A DNA stretch of 64,000 nt from the human T2T-CHM13v2.0 reference genome, Homo sapiens. Positions within the stretch are counted from its first letter, which is position 1, and the number at the start of each line of letters is the position of its first letter. The stretch is taken from the NCBI RefSeq assembly GCF_009914755.1, contig NC_060932.1; one strand, written 5' to 3'. The notes under the pieces are model-generated. The model did not search any database and was not told where the DNA came from. It worked only from the letters and a program-made list of their open reading frames with translations. This document shows positions 39,471 through 52,578 of the stretch, piece after piece. The translations under genes were made by a program, and so were the position numbers.

Positions 39471-40005
39471 TGTTAGAGGCGTGTGAACCAGAGCAACTCC
39501 ATTTTGAGTAGGAGCTGGGTAAAATAAGGCTGAGACCTACTGGGCTGCATTCCCAGATGGTGAAGGCATTCTAAGTCACAGGTTGAGATAGGAGGTTGGA
39601 ACCAAATACAGGTCATAAAGACCTTGCTGATAAAACAGTTTGCAGTAAAGAAGCCGGCTAAAACCCACCAAAACCAAGATGGCTACGAGAGTGACCTCTG
39701 GTCGTCCTCATTGCTACACTCCCACCAGCATCGTGACAGTTTGCAAATGCCATGGCAATGTCAGGAAGTTACCCTATATGGTCTAAAAAGGGCAGGTGTG
39801 AATCATCTATCCCTTTTTTAGCATTTCATCAAGAAATAACCTTAAAAATGGGCAACCAGCTGTCTATGGAGTAGCCATTCTTTTGTTCCTTTACTTTCCC
39901 ATAAACTTGCTTCACTTTACTCTTTGGACTTGCCCTGAATTCTTTCTTGTGTGAGATCCAAGAATCCTCTCTTGGGGTCTGGATCGGGACCTCTTTCCTA
40001 TAACA
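39471..40005 (+). mobile_element. MER41A solo LTR (ERV1)
   Basis: TGTTAGAGGCGTGTGAACCAGAGCAACTCCATT ... AAAACCAAGATGGC ... GGGGTCTGGATCGGGACC ... TAACA. Lacks the MER41B tandem-GAS segment. Confidence 0.88.
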
Positions 40006-40119
40006 GTGTCATAGGTTAGTGTATTTAACAAGATAATTCACAGCTGCAGCAAGAGCTGAATAAAATCCAGACATCTAGGTAAGCTTCAGAAGGTTCCTCA
40101 GTCATCCTAACTGTAGTAG

Positions 40120-40561
<442 letters not shown>

Positions 40562-42129
40562 TAGGTATGGGCTTATATCTAACAGAGCTGGTGTCACAAT
40601 GTAGCTGAATGTGACTTCAGTATGGATTACAGGATAATTTTAAATGGGTGATTATTTTGGTTTCACTGCATTTGTATTGATTAATTCCTGCATTTGGCAG
40701 ATGGATTTAATTTCTGCGATAGAGGGAGAGACGGTACGGGGGCTTTGTGGAGGTCTCCTTCGGGACTCCTCTGTGTGGTCAGGGGAACTGAGACACAGGA
40801 TCTGGCGAGGTGAGGCAGCCAGGAAGTGGCCGGCCAGGCCTGCAGCCCCTGCAGGCTGAGGCAGGAGGCCAGGCTCACCAGCCCTTTGCCACTCCGCCCC
40901 TTATGTCTGTGTCCACCCTTGGCCTTGTCCCTTAGGCTACGTCAAACCTTTCTGCCTTGCTTCTGAGAAATGTGCTGAAAACACAAAAGGCCCCTTCAGG
41001 CCTTCACGGGGTTAAACGTGACCTCCCAGGGAGCCAGGGCCAAGGGGCTCTGCAGTCTTCCGGGACTGTGAACCCCCTGCCTCCCACTGGGACGGTGGTG
41101 TGGAGGGCATCTGGGTGCTCCCGGGCCTCTGTCACTCAGGACAGAGGCCTCCCGCAGGTCCTCGGGACCTGGTTGGCCAGTGGAGCGAGAGGAAGCAGTG
41201 AGGCTGAAGAAGCGGGCAGCTGGCTGCCATCCCACATCAACAGGCCCCGTCACTGTAAATTATTTATGCGCCATCGGGAGGCTGGACAGACTCCTTGATG
41301 GGCTTGTTAATAAGAAGCCTGCAGATCCTGCCTTGGCCCAGATTCCTGGGGGCTGGGGGTGCGTGGAGAAGAGTGGAGGGGGAGCTGTTTCTTTTTGCTC
41401 AGCATCTCCTGATTGGAAACCGCAGCAATTCCCTGTCTTCTCCAGGAACAAGTCTGAGCTCCACGGCACCACATTCAAGGCCTCTGTGCAGGCACAGGTC
41501 TCACACTTCGCCTCTGCTTCAGCTGGGACAAGTTTTGACTGTCTCTGCAAATGACCGTATCATTTCCAACTCCAGGTCTTTGCGTCATGTGCTCTTTCCC
41601 CTACTTGGAATTCCTTCTCTCTCAGAATCCAGGAAGACAGCCCAGATACTACCTGCTCTGTGTGCCCCAGCTGCAACTCATCCACTGGAAGGCTCAGTTC
41701 CTCCTTCCTTGTGCTCCCACAGCTGAATGCATCCTTCTTAGCAGCATGGCCTCCATTCTGCACCCCAGCTGCATGCATTGCTGAGGAACCTTGTGTTTAC
41801 TCAGATAGAACACAAGGACAATGACAGCATCTCCCTTAAAGCTTTGTGGTGCAGACTAAATATGCACCCAGTTTTACAGAGTGGCCAGTATCCATAAATC
41901 ACCCAACAGACCCTACCTCTTCTTTGTGATTCTCATTAATACAGCTCTTATTTCATTGAATTGCGATAACTTCTTTTGTAAGCCTCACGCTTACTAAACT
42001 CTGACCTACTGGAGTTTCAGGGGACGTGGTCTCACTCATCTCCAAACCTTCAACTTCCAGCCCAACACCTGGCCCTTAGTAAGTGTTCCATAAAGAGTAT
42101 AGATCCAATAGTAGCACACGTGGACAGTA

Positions 42130-42360
42130 TCTAGCATTTATTGGGTGCTTACTGTCTGCCAGGCCGTGTTCTAAGCCCTTGATATGCATTAACTCATTTA
42201 ATACAATAATCCTATGAGATAGCTATTATCAATATTCTGATTTTACAGATGAGGAAACCGAGTCACAGAGGGGTGAAGTAACTTGTGCAAAGTGACGTAT
42301 TTAATGAGTAACAGAATTGAGCTTCAAGACCAGAGAGATTCATACCTCAATGAGTTCCAC
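42130..42360 (-). mobile_element. MIR
   Basis: ATTTATTGGGTGCTTACTGTCTGCCAGGC ... TTTTACAGATGAGGAAACCGAGTCACAGAGGGGTGAAGTAACTTG. Confidence 0.85.
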
Positions 42361-42939
42361 TGCCTCTCAAAGTCTGACTCTCACGGCACAGAGCGGGTAT
42401 TTAATTGTAAGTGCCTGGCACAGAGTAGGAGTTTAGTGAATGTTGAATCAGTGCTTTAGGCTTTTATGTGTTTTGATTGCCAAGACTAAAGGCAGGGAAG
42501 TCCCACAGATCGGTTACTAAAAAGGGCAAGTTTCTATTTGTTAAACTTATCTCTACAAAACGTTTCCAGGTATGTCCCCATTGTTGTGTATCCTCTCCTG
42601 AGCTGGCCTGCTCTAGATCCAGCACTTGATCTTCCTGAGGCAGGGGAGAGCCTGTGTCTCCAGGCAGACCCTGTGGCCAGGCTGTGTGTTGCATCCTCAT
42701 TACCATAATCTCTGCAGGCTGCGGGACCTCATCCCTCTGCCTGAATATTCCTTTCCCTCTCTGCTGCAATTCTGCACTGCCACCGTGATCTTCCAGGAAA
42801 CATTCTTTTTGTCCTGAAAGGTCAATTCACAGGGACTGTCCTCTGGAAGATCCCAACTGCCACCTCCATTTCTCAGTTCCCCCACACCGGGCACACGTCT
42901 ACATTATTTCTGTGTGCACACATTTATGGCAAAGTGGTA

Positions 42940-43120
42940 AATGGCGAGGGTTTTAGTGCCAGACCCCTGGCTTTCAGCCTGGCTCTGCCACCCGGTGTGG
43001 GTCTCTCCACCCAAGCCTCAATTTTCCCATCTATGAAGTGGCGCTAATCATAGTACCTACCTCACAGGTTTTTGTGAGGATTAAGTAGAAGAGTGCATAT
43101 AAAGCACTTGAGAAATGAAC
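42940..43120 (+). mobile_element. MIR
   Basis: CCTGGCTCTGCCAC ... GCCTCAATTTTCCCATCTATGAAGTGG ... AGTACCTACCTCACAGG ... GTGAGGATTAAGT. Confidence 0.8.
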
Positions 43121-44082
43121 ATGTCAATTGCTGCATATGTGCTCCTGGTTCTTTTATTTTTCTAAAACGTGGGTCCTTCACACCCTGGCTTACCCCTGAT
43201 ACATCTTTGCATCTCTGGTGATTAGTAGAGTTCCTGCCACACAGTGGGTGCTCGATACATGACAATCAAACTGAAGTTCAGTAGCAGGCATTTGTTGAGC
43301 ACTTACTGTGTACTAGGTGCTGAGTATGCCAAGATGGGAGGCAGCCAAAAGGTCAGGATGCATTTACGTAAAGACAGCTAATGAGAGACTGAGTGGGTCC
43401 CAGTATGATGCAGTCATTGGCTCATTTATTCATTAAGGCTTTTGTTGCACCAGGTTCTGGGGAGATAGATATGAATAAAATGCATTCCTGGTCCTCGAAG
43501 GGACATGCATGTTTGCAAAATGTACAATAGGAGCGAATGACTGTTGTTGTAGAGGTATGAACAAGGTAGACCCTGGGGCTCAGAGGTCAGAGCCAGCCAG
43601 GGATTGCAGATGGGTTTGTAATGGCAGGGGCCAGGGGAGCTGGGTGAGATGGACTGTGCCTTTGTACTTGCTGACCCTTCGCTTGAGATGCTGTTCCTCC
43701 TCCACATCCTTCTAGCCTCAGAGGGCCTGTCCCCTCCTCAGTGCATCCTTCTTGGGAAGCCCACCTCCTCATCTGTCTGTCACTGTGCTCTGTTCATTTC
43801 TTCTGAAGTGCTAACCACAATCCACAGTGACTGAAAGGCAGAGAAGGAAGGAAACCAACACTTCTTGAATACCTGCTAGGTGCCAGGCGCTGTGATCTTC
43901 AACTGACACACATTATTTAATTAATCTTCTCAACACTCCTGGGGTGCCAGAATTATTATCGTCATTTTGCAGACTACAATAGAGGTCCCAAGAGGGCACA
44001 TATCTTTGCCCAAGGTCACCAGCCGGAAACAGGAATGGAACTAGAATCAGGGCTAGCTGCCACTCCACACCCGCGGCACTTT

Positions 44083-44143
44083 CATGGCAACGGGAGAGGC
44101 CAGGTAGGCAAGAGAGGAAGTAGAGTGACTCATTTTCCGCCCC
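44083..44143. promoter_or_regulatory. Candidate enhancer motif cluster (RFX half-site, ETS, AP-1, GC box)
   Basis: CATGGCAAC 44083-44091, GAGGAAGT 44114-44121, TGACTCA 44126-44132, CCGCCCC 44137-44143. Confidence 0.5.
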
Positions 44144-44249
44144 AGGCATTTTCAGCAACAAGTAAGTGATTTCCCTAATTCTGGTCTGCTATTAATACTT
44201 GGCAGCTAAGAACTAAGTTGCAGAAAAACAGGTTTTCTTCCTAACTCAG

Positions 44250-44283
44250 CAGCACCACCTGCAGCATCTAAGGGAACACTGCA
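44250..44283 (-). promoter_or_regulatory. Candidate CTCF site with upstream (ZF9-11) motif
   Basis: Minus strand reads TGCAGTGTTCCCTTAGAT-GCTGCAGGTGGTGCTG. The TGCAG starts 18 nt before a CCASYAGRKGGCRS-like core that matches 11/14. Confidence 0.6.
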
Positions 44284-44494
44284 AAAATGATCAGCAGTGG
44301 GAACTCTGGTCTTTGCTGGAGCCCCAAGAGGGTATCATGAAGGAAGAACCTGAGGCATCATCCAGTCACTTTTCATCTTTAAAAGGAGCAAATTGAGACC
44401 AAGAAAGGAACTTACTTCAAGTCACAAAGTTAGTGATGGCATATTTGAAGCTGTATCCCTCCTGACTCCTAGTTCAGTACCCCTTCTCCTCACT

Positions 44495-44580
44495 CTCCCT
44501 TTCATCTTTCTTTCTTCTTCTTCTTCCTCCTTCCCTTCTCCTCCTCCCCCACCTTCCTTCCTCCTCCTCCTCTTCTCTCT
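44495..44580. repeat. CT-rich polypyrimidine tract
   Basis: (TTC)n and (CCT)n, read directly. Confidence 0.85.
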
Positions 44581-44998
44581 CATTTATTCACTCAGCAAAC
44601 ATTAATTGGGCGCTTAATAGATCTTGAGCATATTCCTCTTTGTGGGATATAAATATGGATAGCTAACATTTTCTTTTCATGTTATTGCCTGGATTAATTG
44701 ACACCTCCAATGTACTTCATAATTACAACTAAGATGCATTGAGTGTGACTGTGTGCCAGGCACCATGCTAAGGCTTTATCTCAGTTACCCTCACAGATGA
44801 GGACACTAAGGCTTAGGGAGGTCTAGGAACATGCCCAGTATGGCTCAATTAGTTGTAAAGCTGGGATTAAAACCCAGATCCTTCTGACTCCAGGGCCAGA
44901 GATCTTAACTGTTATGTTATATTTACTCTTTAAAGTATCTAAGGTTAATTCAAGAAGTATCCATACTCTAAAAGAATTTTGCTCCTATTTAAAATAAC

Positions 44999-45001
<3 letters not shown>

Positions 45002-45040
<39 letters not shown>

Positions 45041-45310
45041 AGACAGAGTCTTGCTCTGTCGCCCAGGCTGGAGTGCAGTGGATCTTGGCTCAACCTCTGC
45101 CTCCTGGGTTCAAGCGATTCTCCTGCCTCAGCCTCCCGAGTAGCTGGGATTATAGCATGTGCCACCACACCTGGCTAATTTTTGTATTTTTAGTAGAGAC
45201 AGGGTTTCACCATGTTGCCCAGGCTGCTCTTGAACTCCCGACCTCCGGTGATCCTCCCACCTCAGCCTCCCAAGTGCTGGGATTACAGGCGTGAGCCACT
45301 GTGCCCGGCC
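45002..45310 (-). mobile_element. AluS with pure T38 tail
   Basis: 38 T at 45002-45039. Target duplication TAAAATAAC(G/T)ACTT. Confidence 0.95.
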
Positions 45311-46726
45311 TAAAATAACTACTTATTTCTTGTCTTAGAGTGGTGCTGATTCTCTTGTCCAATTAATTGCTTCTTAAATCCCTAGGAGTTTATGTTAAGG
45401 TTTATCTAGGTACCAGGCACTGTGCTACGTGCCAGGGACACTGCCAGTGACTATAGGTCAGTTAGGAGTCCATGGCCTTGCAGGTGTCAGTTGTGATACA
45501 AGGCAAGCCACAGAACACACCCTGATGGAAGCACCGTACAACTCCAGGGAGCCCAGTCACAATACAGCTGGTGGAAATGGCACCTCCTGACTTGTGCAGT
45601 GCACTGACTGTGCGACTGTATATGGTGTACCTGATCAAATAGGATGGGAGCATGGGTCAGGGGCAAGGAGGCAAGGGATAAGAACAAACTCTTCTGCCTC
45701 TGCAGGGCAGGGAGGCTTTACAGCAAAGGGCACTGGAGTGTGAATGCTGCCAAAGCTGTAAAAACCTTAATTTCCTGTTCTCTTCACCTGGGAGATAGTT
45801 GTCAAGGTTTGAGGAAATACGTCTCTGTGTTTTGACCTGCAAGGCAGGAAATGTATTTGTTTCCATTTCTTGCATTAGCTACTAAGTTGCATTTCTTTTA
45901 CATTCCCAGGTATCTTACTCTCATTCTCATTTTTGGGTAGATGGGTAGTTTCTCTTTCTAGTGTAGTTGGTTCATGAAATTAGAGCTTAACAACTGTAGG
46001 AGGGTGTCCAAAACCAGAAGATCAAGCGTGGGCAACCTTGCAGCCATTTAGGGAATTCTCTGCCAGAACCAGAGGGAAATTGACGGCAGCCCAGAGAGGG
46101 GAGCGCCCATCTCGTGACCATCTCTGCCATTGAAGATGGCACCATGTGGAGGTGTTTCCTCAGTACATGCTCAGCTCTCTTGGTTCTTCCTAAATATCCT
46201 CATTAACCAAGAAGACTGCTTTTGCATGTGTGAAAATTTTACCTTCTTTAACTTACAGCAGAAAACAAAAGGGATTGTTTTCATTTCCCAAATATAAAAT
46301 TATCGTATAATGACTATTACCATTCCCCATAACGCAGCCTGAAGATGGTAATTCAGACCTTTCTGGGCAGGGTGTGGTACTGAGTGACAATCTCAGGATT
46401 GGATTGTGTCAGTCACTAGAAGGATGCCGAGGGCACAAAGATGTAAAGAGCAAAACCAACACCAGCAACAATAATGAGAAAACAGCAATGAGAGACCTCT
46501 TCCAGGCCTCCAGGAGCTCCAGGCCCCTTCGTTGCTGCCTTTGCAACCACAGACTGCCCTTTTGAGACAACCACTGTGGGAAAGGATGTGGGGATGGAGA
46601 AGTACCCTGTCACCAGTTGGATGGCAAGGTGCTCTGCCCCTTCATGTCAGAGCAGGGGAAACCTTGGCCAGCAAGGTGGAGGGAGGAGAGATGGGGCAGA
46701 TCATTCTCTCTTCTGGTCTGCCCTAG

Positions 46727-47172
<446 letters not shown>

Positions 47173-47619
47173 TTGATTTCTTATTGATTTGAAGCACTAA
47201 GGTTCTTTCCTTTTCCATGTAGTGTGCTCGATAGGTATTTGATAGCTAGTGTGGGACCACAATCGGCCCAGAAAACCTTGTTTTCATGGAAAAATGAATT
47301 TTGAAATCCAAATAATTGCCCTAGAAATCAACTAGTGGAACACATCCATTTGGTGAGTTGAAGAGCCTCTGCTTTTTATGATTGTAAAGTTAATGTTGTG
47401 AAAACAGCTATGAACTGGGAAGCTGATGCCCGGGTTCCAGACTGCCCGGAGCCAGCTGTGTCATTGTTTTGGGCAAGTCACATCATTTTCCTCTTTGAAC
47501 TCTCACCTATAGAACCAGGACTTGGACCAGATGAACTCCATGCTCCTTTGGGCTCTGCCTTTGGGACCTTGGGTGTCTTTGTTGGGTTATTTTCATTTCC
47601 AGCACTTCGTTGCATTTCT

Positions 47620-48085
47620 TGCTAAATAGAATGCTTCTTTGGACCAGGACTTGTGGGCTCCAGATGCATTTGTCATTCTTGTGTCACCTGGTTTCTGACG
47701 GGGTCCAGCCAGAGGGAGGCACTGGCAGAAGATCAAAGGGGATCAGGAAAGGAGAGACCAGGGTGTTTCTCCTCCCCTCTGCCTTCAGAGGTGTCTCTGG
47801 CAGAGAATTTGCATTTCTTCCTTGGTTCTAGCTCCTGCTCCGGTTCCAGTTTCTTACAGGGTAAGCCTAAGCCTTGGGTTGCTGCGATCCTGCCTCTTCC
47901 TGTTGTTCCGCCAGCTTACGGGTGATAGTGGCTTCCTGCTATTATTCATCTCTGAACTGAAAGACACTATTTTCTAGTTGTCTTTCCAGCTCTTCACCTA
48001 GGTAACCCATTCTCTATATTAATTTCCCCTGGTTTCAAATACCTAGAGTGGTTTCTGTTTACTTAGTTGGACTTTGACTGGGGCA
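47620..48085 (+). mobile_element. ERVL LTR, LTR33-like
   Basis: CAGCCAGAGGGAGGCACTGGCAGAAGATC ... GAGACCAGGGTGTTTCTCC ... GGTGATAGTGGCTTCCTGCT ... AAATACCTAGAGTGGTTTCTGTTT. Confidence 0.7.
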
Positions 48086-48232
48086 TTTAAACTTTTATTG
48101 GTTTTACCTTGTAACAGCCGACAATAAAGATGATGATAATGTTGATGATTATAACTCCTCGCTTGGTGTACAACCTCACATATTACAGAGCTTTCACTCA
48201 GGTTCTGTAATTTGAGGCTGCTAATAACTGCA

Positions 48233-49182
48233 TGATGTAAGAAGGGCATTTATCATTAATTCCTCTTTACAGAAGAGGAAATGATTTCACTCAGCTCACA
48301 CAGCTGGTGGGTCTTGATAGACTTGGAACCAGAACCCAAGGCTTTTGATTCCTCATCTGTTTTTCTTCTCCAGGTTGTCCCTTTAATTTCCATCATTACC
48401 CCACCCTTCCCACTGGAATAGTGCCTTAATGTTGTTCCTTCAGGATGGTGTTTTCCACAGTGTGGCATAAACTGTAAGTCAAGGATGTATTAGTTATCTA
48501 TTGCTGTGTAACAAATACCACAACACTGAGCTGTTTAAAGTAGCATCATTGCTATGTTGGAAACGTTCCACAATGCACTGGTGCTTTCTTCTGCCTCCTG
48601 TGCTCAGGGCTGATTGTGCACCCAGAAATTGAGGAGTGAGCTCAGCCTGAGAGGGCATTGAGGTTGCATTTCAGAGCAGTTTGGCTGTGGTGTGATGAGG
48701 AGGAGGTGGTTGGCTGGTGTTTGCACTGTGCAGCACTGAATAAGCAGGCTTCTGCCCCAGCAAACCCTGTTTAAAAAAAAAAAAAAGCAGCCTCCAGTTG
48801 TGGGGCCAGGCCAAGGGGGTAAACATAAGCTCATTTATATTATAGTCTTTAGATCGGAAAAACCACGGTATTTCTCTCTTTCCGCATTTCGCACTGAATG
48901 TCAGTGTGCAGCAATAGATAACTAATACATCCTTGACTTACGGTTTATGCCACACTGTGGAAAACACCATCCTGAAGGAACAGCATTAAGGCACTATTCC
49001 AGTGGGAAGGGTGGGGTAATGATGGAAATTAAAGGGACAACCTGGAGAAGAAAACTAGATGAGGAATCAAAAGCCTTGGGTTCTGGTTCCAAGTCTATCA
49101 AGACCCACCAGCTGTGTGAGCCGAGTGAAATCATTTCCTCTTCTGTAAAGAGGAATTAATGATAAATGCCCTTCTTACATCA
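48233..49182. repeat. Near-perfect inverted repeat: arms 48233-48506 and 48909-49182, spacer 402 bp
   Basis: The arms are ungapped reverse complements with about 5 mismatches in 274 bp. Mirror ORFs 48256..48468(-) and 48947..49159(+) differ at only 3 residues. Confidence 0.97.
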
Positions 49183-49845
49183 CACTCTGGAAGGCTAGGC
49201 GGAACCCTGTACTGTGGTCTTACAATATTGTTAGGAAGAGAATATTTCATATTCTTAAGTCCCTGGGGACCCTAGACTTTGAGGAGGATCAGGGTCACAA
49301 TATCCATTACACCTTTTATTTTATTGATTGTCAATACATATTTGTATTTGCTTTATGTTTACCTTGTGTCAGTCTCTTGTCTTACTGTCTGGGATCCCCT
49401 GCCAAGGGTCTCATCTTAGTTATTTCTGGAAGTCCCAGGGAACAGCTCATGTGTCCATGTGAACTCCATCCCCCTGTCTCTCATGTAGTATTTACTCTTC
49501 TGTTTCCCAGCTCCAGCTTTCTGCTCTGATGTCTGCACTCAAGCTTTGGAGGCTCTTGCCAAGGTTGGTGTGGCTGGTGTCTGCACTGGGGATCCCACAT
49601 TCATCCAGTGTCACCTTGTGATCCATCCTGACCCGATGCCTCTGTCTTTTTGCATCTTGTTTACTTACATTTGCCCCAAAGCAGGGCCACGCTGCCTCCC
49701 AGTAACTCAAGGAGATTTTAATAAAAAGTAATTCTTTTTTTTTTTTTTTTTTCTGTTTCAGCATTCACCCTCACAGGTTCTGGAACAAGCTCCAAGGCAG
49801 AGGTAAAGAAGCGTATCTGGACACGTCTGAGCCGTTGCACTCAAC

Positions 49846-50029
49846 TTGTCCCTCTACTTTCCATGATTGCTCCACTTACTACACTGGAATAGTGTCCCAC
49901 TGGAACATGGTCCCTTTAGGATGGTGTTCTCTAAAGTGTGGGGCACTGACCATTGGTCGAGGCTGTATTAGTTATCTATTGCCATGTAACAAATTACCCC
50001 AACACTTAGCAGCTTAAAACAGCATCATT
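49846..50029 (+). repeat. Diverged paralog (probable donor) of 48375-48550
   Basis: TTGTCCCT.TA.TTTCCAT.ATT ... CACTGGAATAGTG ... AGGATGGTGTT ... TGTATTAGTTATCTATTGC ... AGCATCATT is shared, including the same MLT1 insertion junction. Confidence 0.85.
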
Positions 50030-50523
50030 TAGTGTCTCACAGTTTTTAAGGTCAGCAATCCAGGAGAGGCTTAACTGGGTCTCTGGGCTCTGGGTCTTTC
50101 CCAAAGCTGTGGTCATGGCAAGGCTGCATAGGGCAGGGGCTGCTTCCCAGCATCCTGGGGTTGGTGGGGGTAGGACTCAGTTTCTTGCCGGCTGTTGTGC
50201 CGAGGGTCTCTGTGCCTCAGGAGCTACTGGCTAGAAGATTTCCTCAGTTTCTTTCCACATGGATCTCTCCATAGAGTATCTCCCAATATGGCGCTGGCTT
50301 TGTTGTAATGAACAAGTGATAGGGCGAGGCAGAAGGCAAACAAGACACAAGTCACAGTCTTTTATAACCTATTCTTCAAGTGATGTATCATCCCTTGTGC
50401 CAAAATCTATTGATTAGAAACTAGTAACTAGGTCCAGCTCACACTCTGAAGCAGGTTACACAAGGCTGTGAATAACAAGGGGCCAGGAATCATTGGGGAT
50501 CATCTTAGAGGCTGCTTACCACA
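49964..50523 (-). mobile_element. MaLR solo LTR (MLT1F/G-like)
   Basis: TGTATTAGTTATCTATTGCCATGTAACAAATTACCCCAACACTTAGCAGCTTAAAACA ... ATCTTAGAGGCTGCTTACCACA. Confidence 0.85.
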
Positions 50524-50584
50524 GGTGGCTGGGGTGGGGGTGAAATGAATTTTGATGTTAAGCAAATTATGATTAAAACATTTA

Positions 50585-50905
<321 letters not shown>

Positions 50906-51558
50906 TAAAACATTTAGTCATTAGCCACTTTATTTTAAAGTGTACTAGGAAAAGTGTAGGTTATTGTTTTTGTTAAAGAAGAGGGTAAATTTTAAAAAAG
51001 GAGTTAATTAAAAGTATTAAGTACAGGTGGTTTTCAAATGCAGAACATATCATACATGTTGTAAAATGTGAAAAAATCAACAAAGTTTGGGTAACTTTTC
51101 CTTAGAATGCATTTCTTCCCAGGAGGCTTAATGACTTATGCAAATAGATTCTTATAGGTCCACCCTATAGGTCTTCCAGGCAAACTTTAAGGGATTTGAA
51201 AACTAGGATAAATACAGTTTAAACTGTCCTCCAACAGAAGTACACAGTTGCATATGAAAAAACATGGCACATCTTCCTAAGCTTTGTTTCCATTTGAAGA
51301 CATGAAGAGTTAAACTATCTGACCAGTAAATATTAAATAAATTCTTATATAAAAACATGTTGGGATACATTATAGAATAAATGCAAATGCAAATGTCACA
51401 AGAATTTCTAAGGTAAAAATATGTGACTGCAAAGAAATTGTATAGTTGGTGGTGGTGAGCTGTATTTGTGCCTTCTAGTGGTGGAATGGGAGGGTATGAG
51501 ATGAGGGTATTCTGGCAGAGAATGTGACAGTTGCTAAAGTTAAGGCAGAGACTCTTAT

Positions 51559-52115
51559 TGTGGCACCTACTTCAAGGTGGCCTCTATGATCCTTACCTCC
51601 CGGTGTTCATGCTGTTGTATAATCTCCTTCTGTCGATTGCCTGAGGAACTGTGACTTGCTCCTAGCCCACAGAATATGGCAAGGGGGATGGAATGTCACT
51701 CTTGTGATTGAGTTATGTTATATCAGATTCTGTATCAGAGACTCTCCTTGTGGGCTGGATGAAACAAGCAACCATGTTGGGGAGGCCTGCATGATGGGGA
51801 ACTGTGGGGGCCTCTAGGACCTGAGGACGGCTTCTAGCCAACAGTCAGAAAAAAGCCAGGACCCTCACTAAGAGAGCCACAAGGAAATGAATTCTGCCAA
51901 CAACCTGAATGAGCTTGGAAGTTGATTTTTCCCCAGTTAAGTTTCCAGATGAGGATGCAGCCTGCCCGATACTTGAGCCATAGCCAGATGAGACCCTAAT
52001 TGGAAAACCCACTTAAGCCATGCGAAACTCCTAACCCGCAGAAATTGTGAGAAAATAAATGACTGTTGTTTTAAACTTCTACGTTTGTGGCAATGTGTTA
52101 CACGGCAATAGAAAA
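51559..52115 (+). mobile_element. MaLR solo LTR (MLT1E-like)
   Basis: AAGGTGGCCTCTATGATCC ... AGAATATGGCAAGGGGGATGGAATGTCACT ... AAGGAAATGAATTCTGCCAACAACCTGAATGAGCTTGGAAG ... TGTTACACGGCAATAGAAAA. Confidence 0.85.
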
Positions 52116-52220
52116 AAAAAAAAATCGAAAACCAAAAAGAAAATACATCCACTATAAGGCACATGTGAAAATTTAAAAAACACTCAAGATACAGCACATT
52201 AGGTGAAATAATTTTGTTTA

Positions 52221-52578
<358 letters not shown>

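Noticed and set aside
39471-40005. MER41 as an interferon-gamma-inducible STAT1 enhancer
   Set aside because: The tandem TTCnnnGAA segment of MER41B is absent after GGTCTAAAAAGGG, so this is the A-type.
48256-49159. Two near-identical 70-aa ORFs as a duplicated small gene
   Set aside because: They only mirror the inverted repeat and are partly MIR-derived, with no coding hallmarks.
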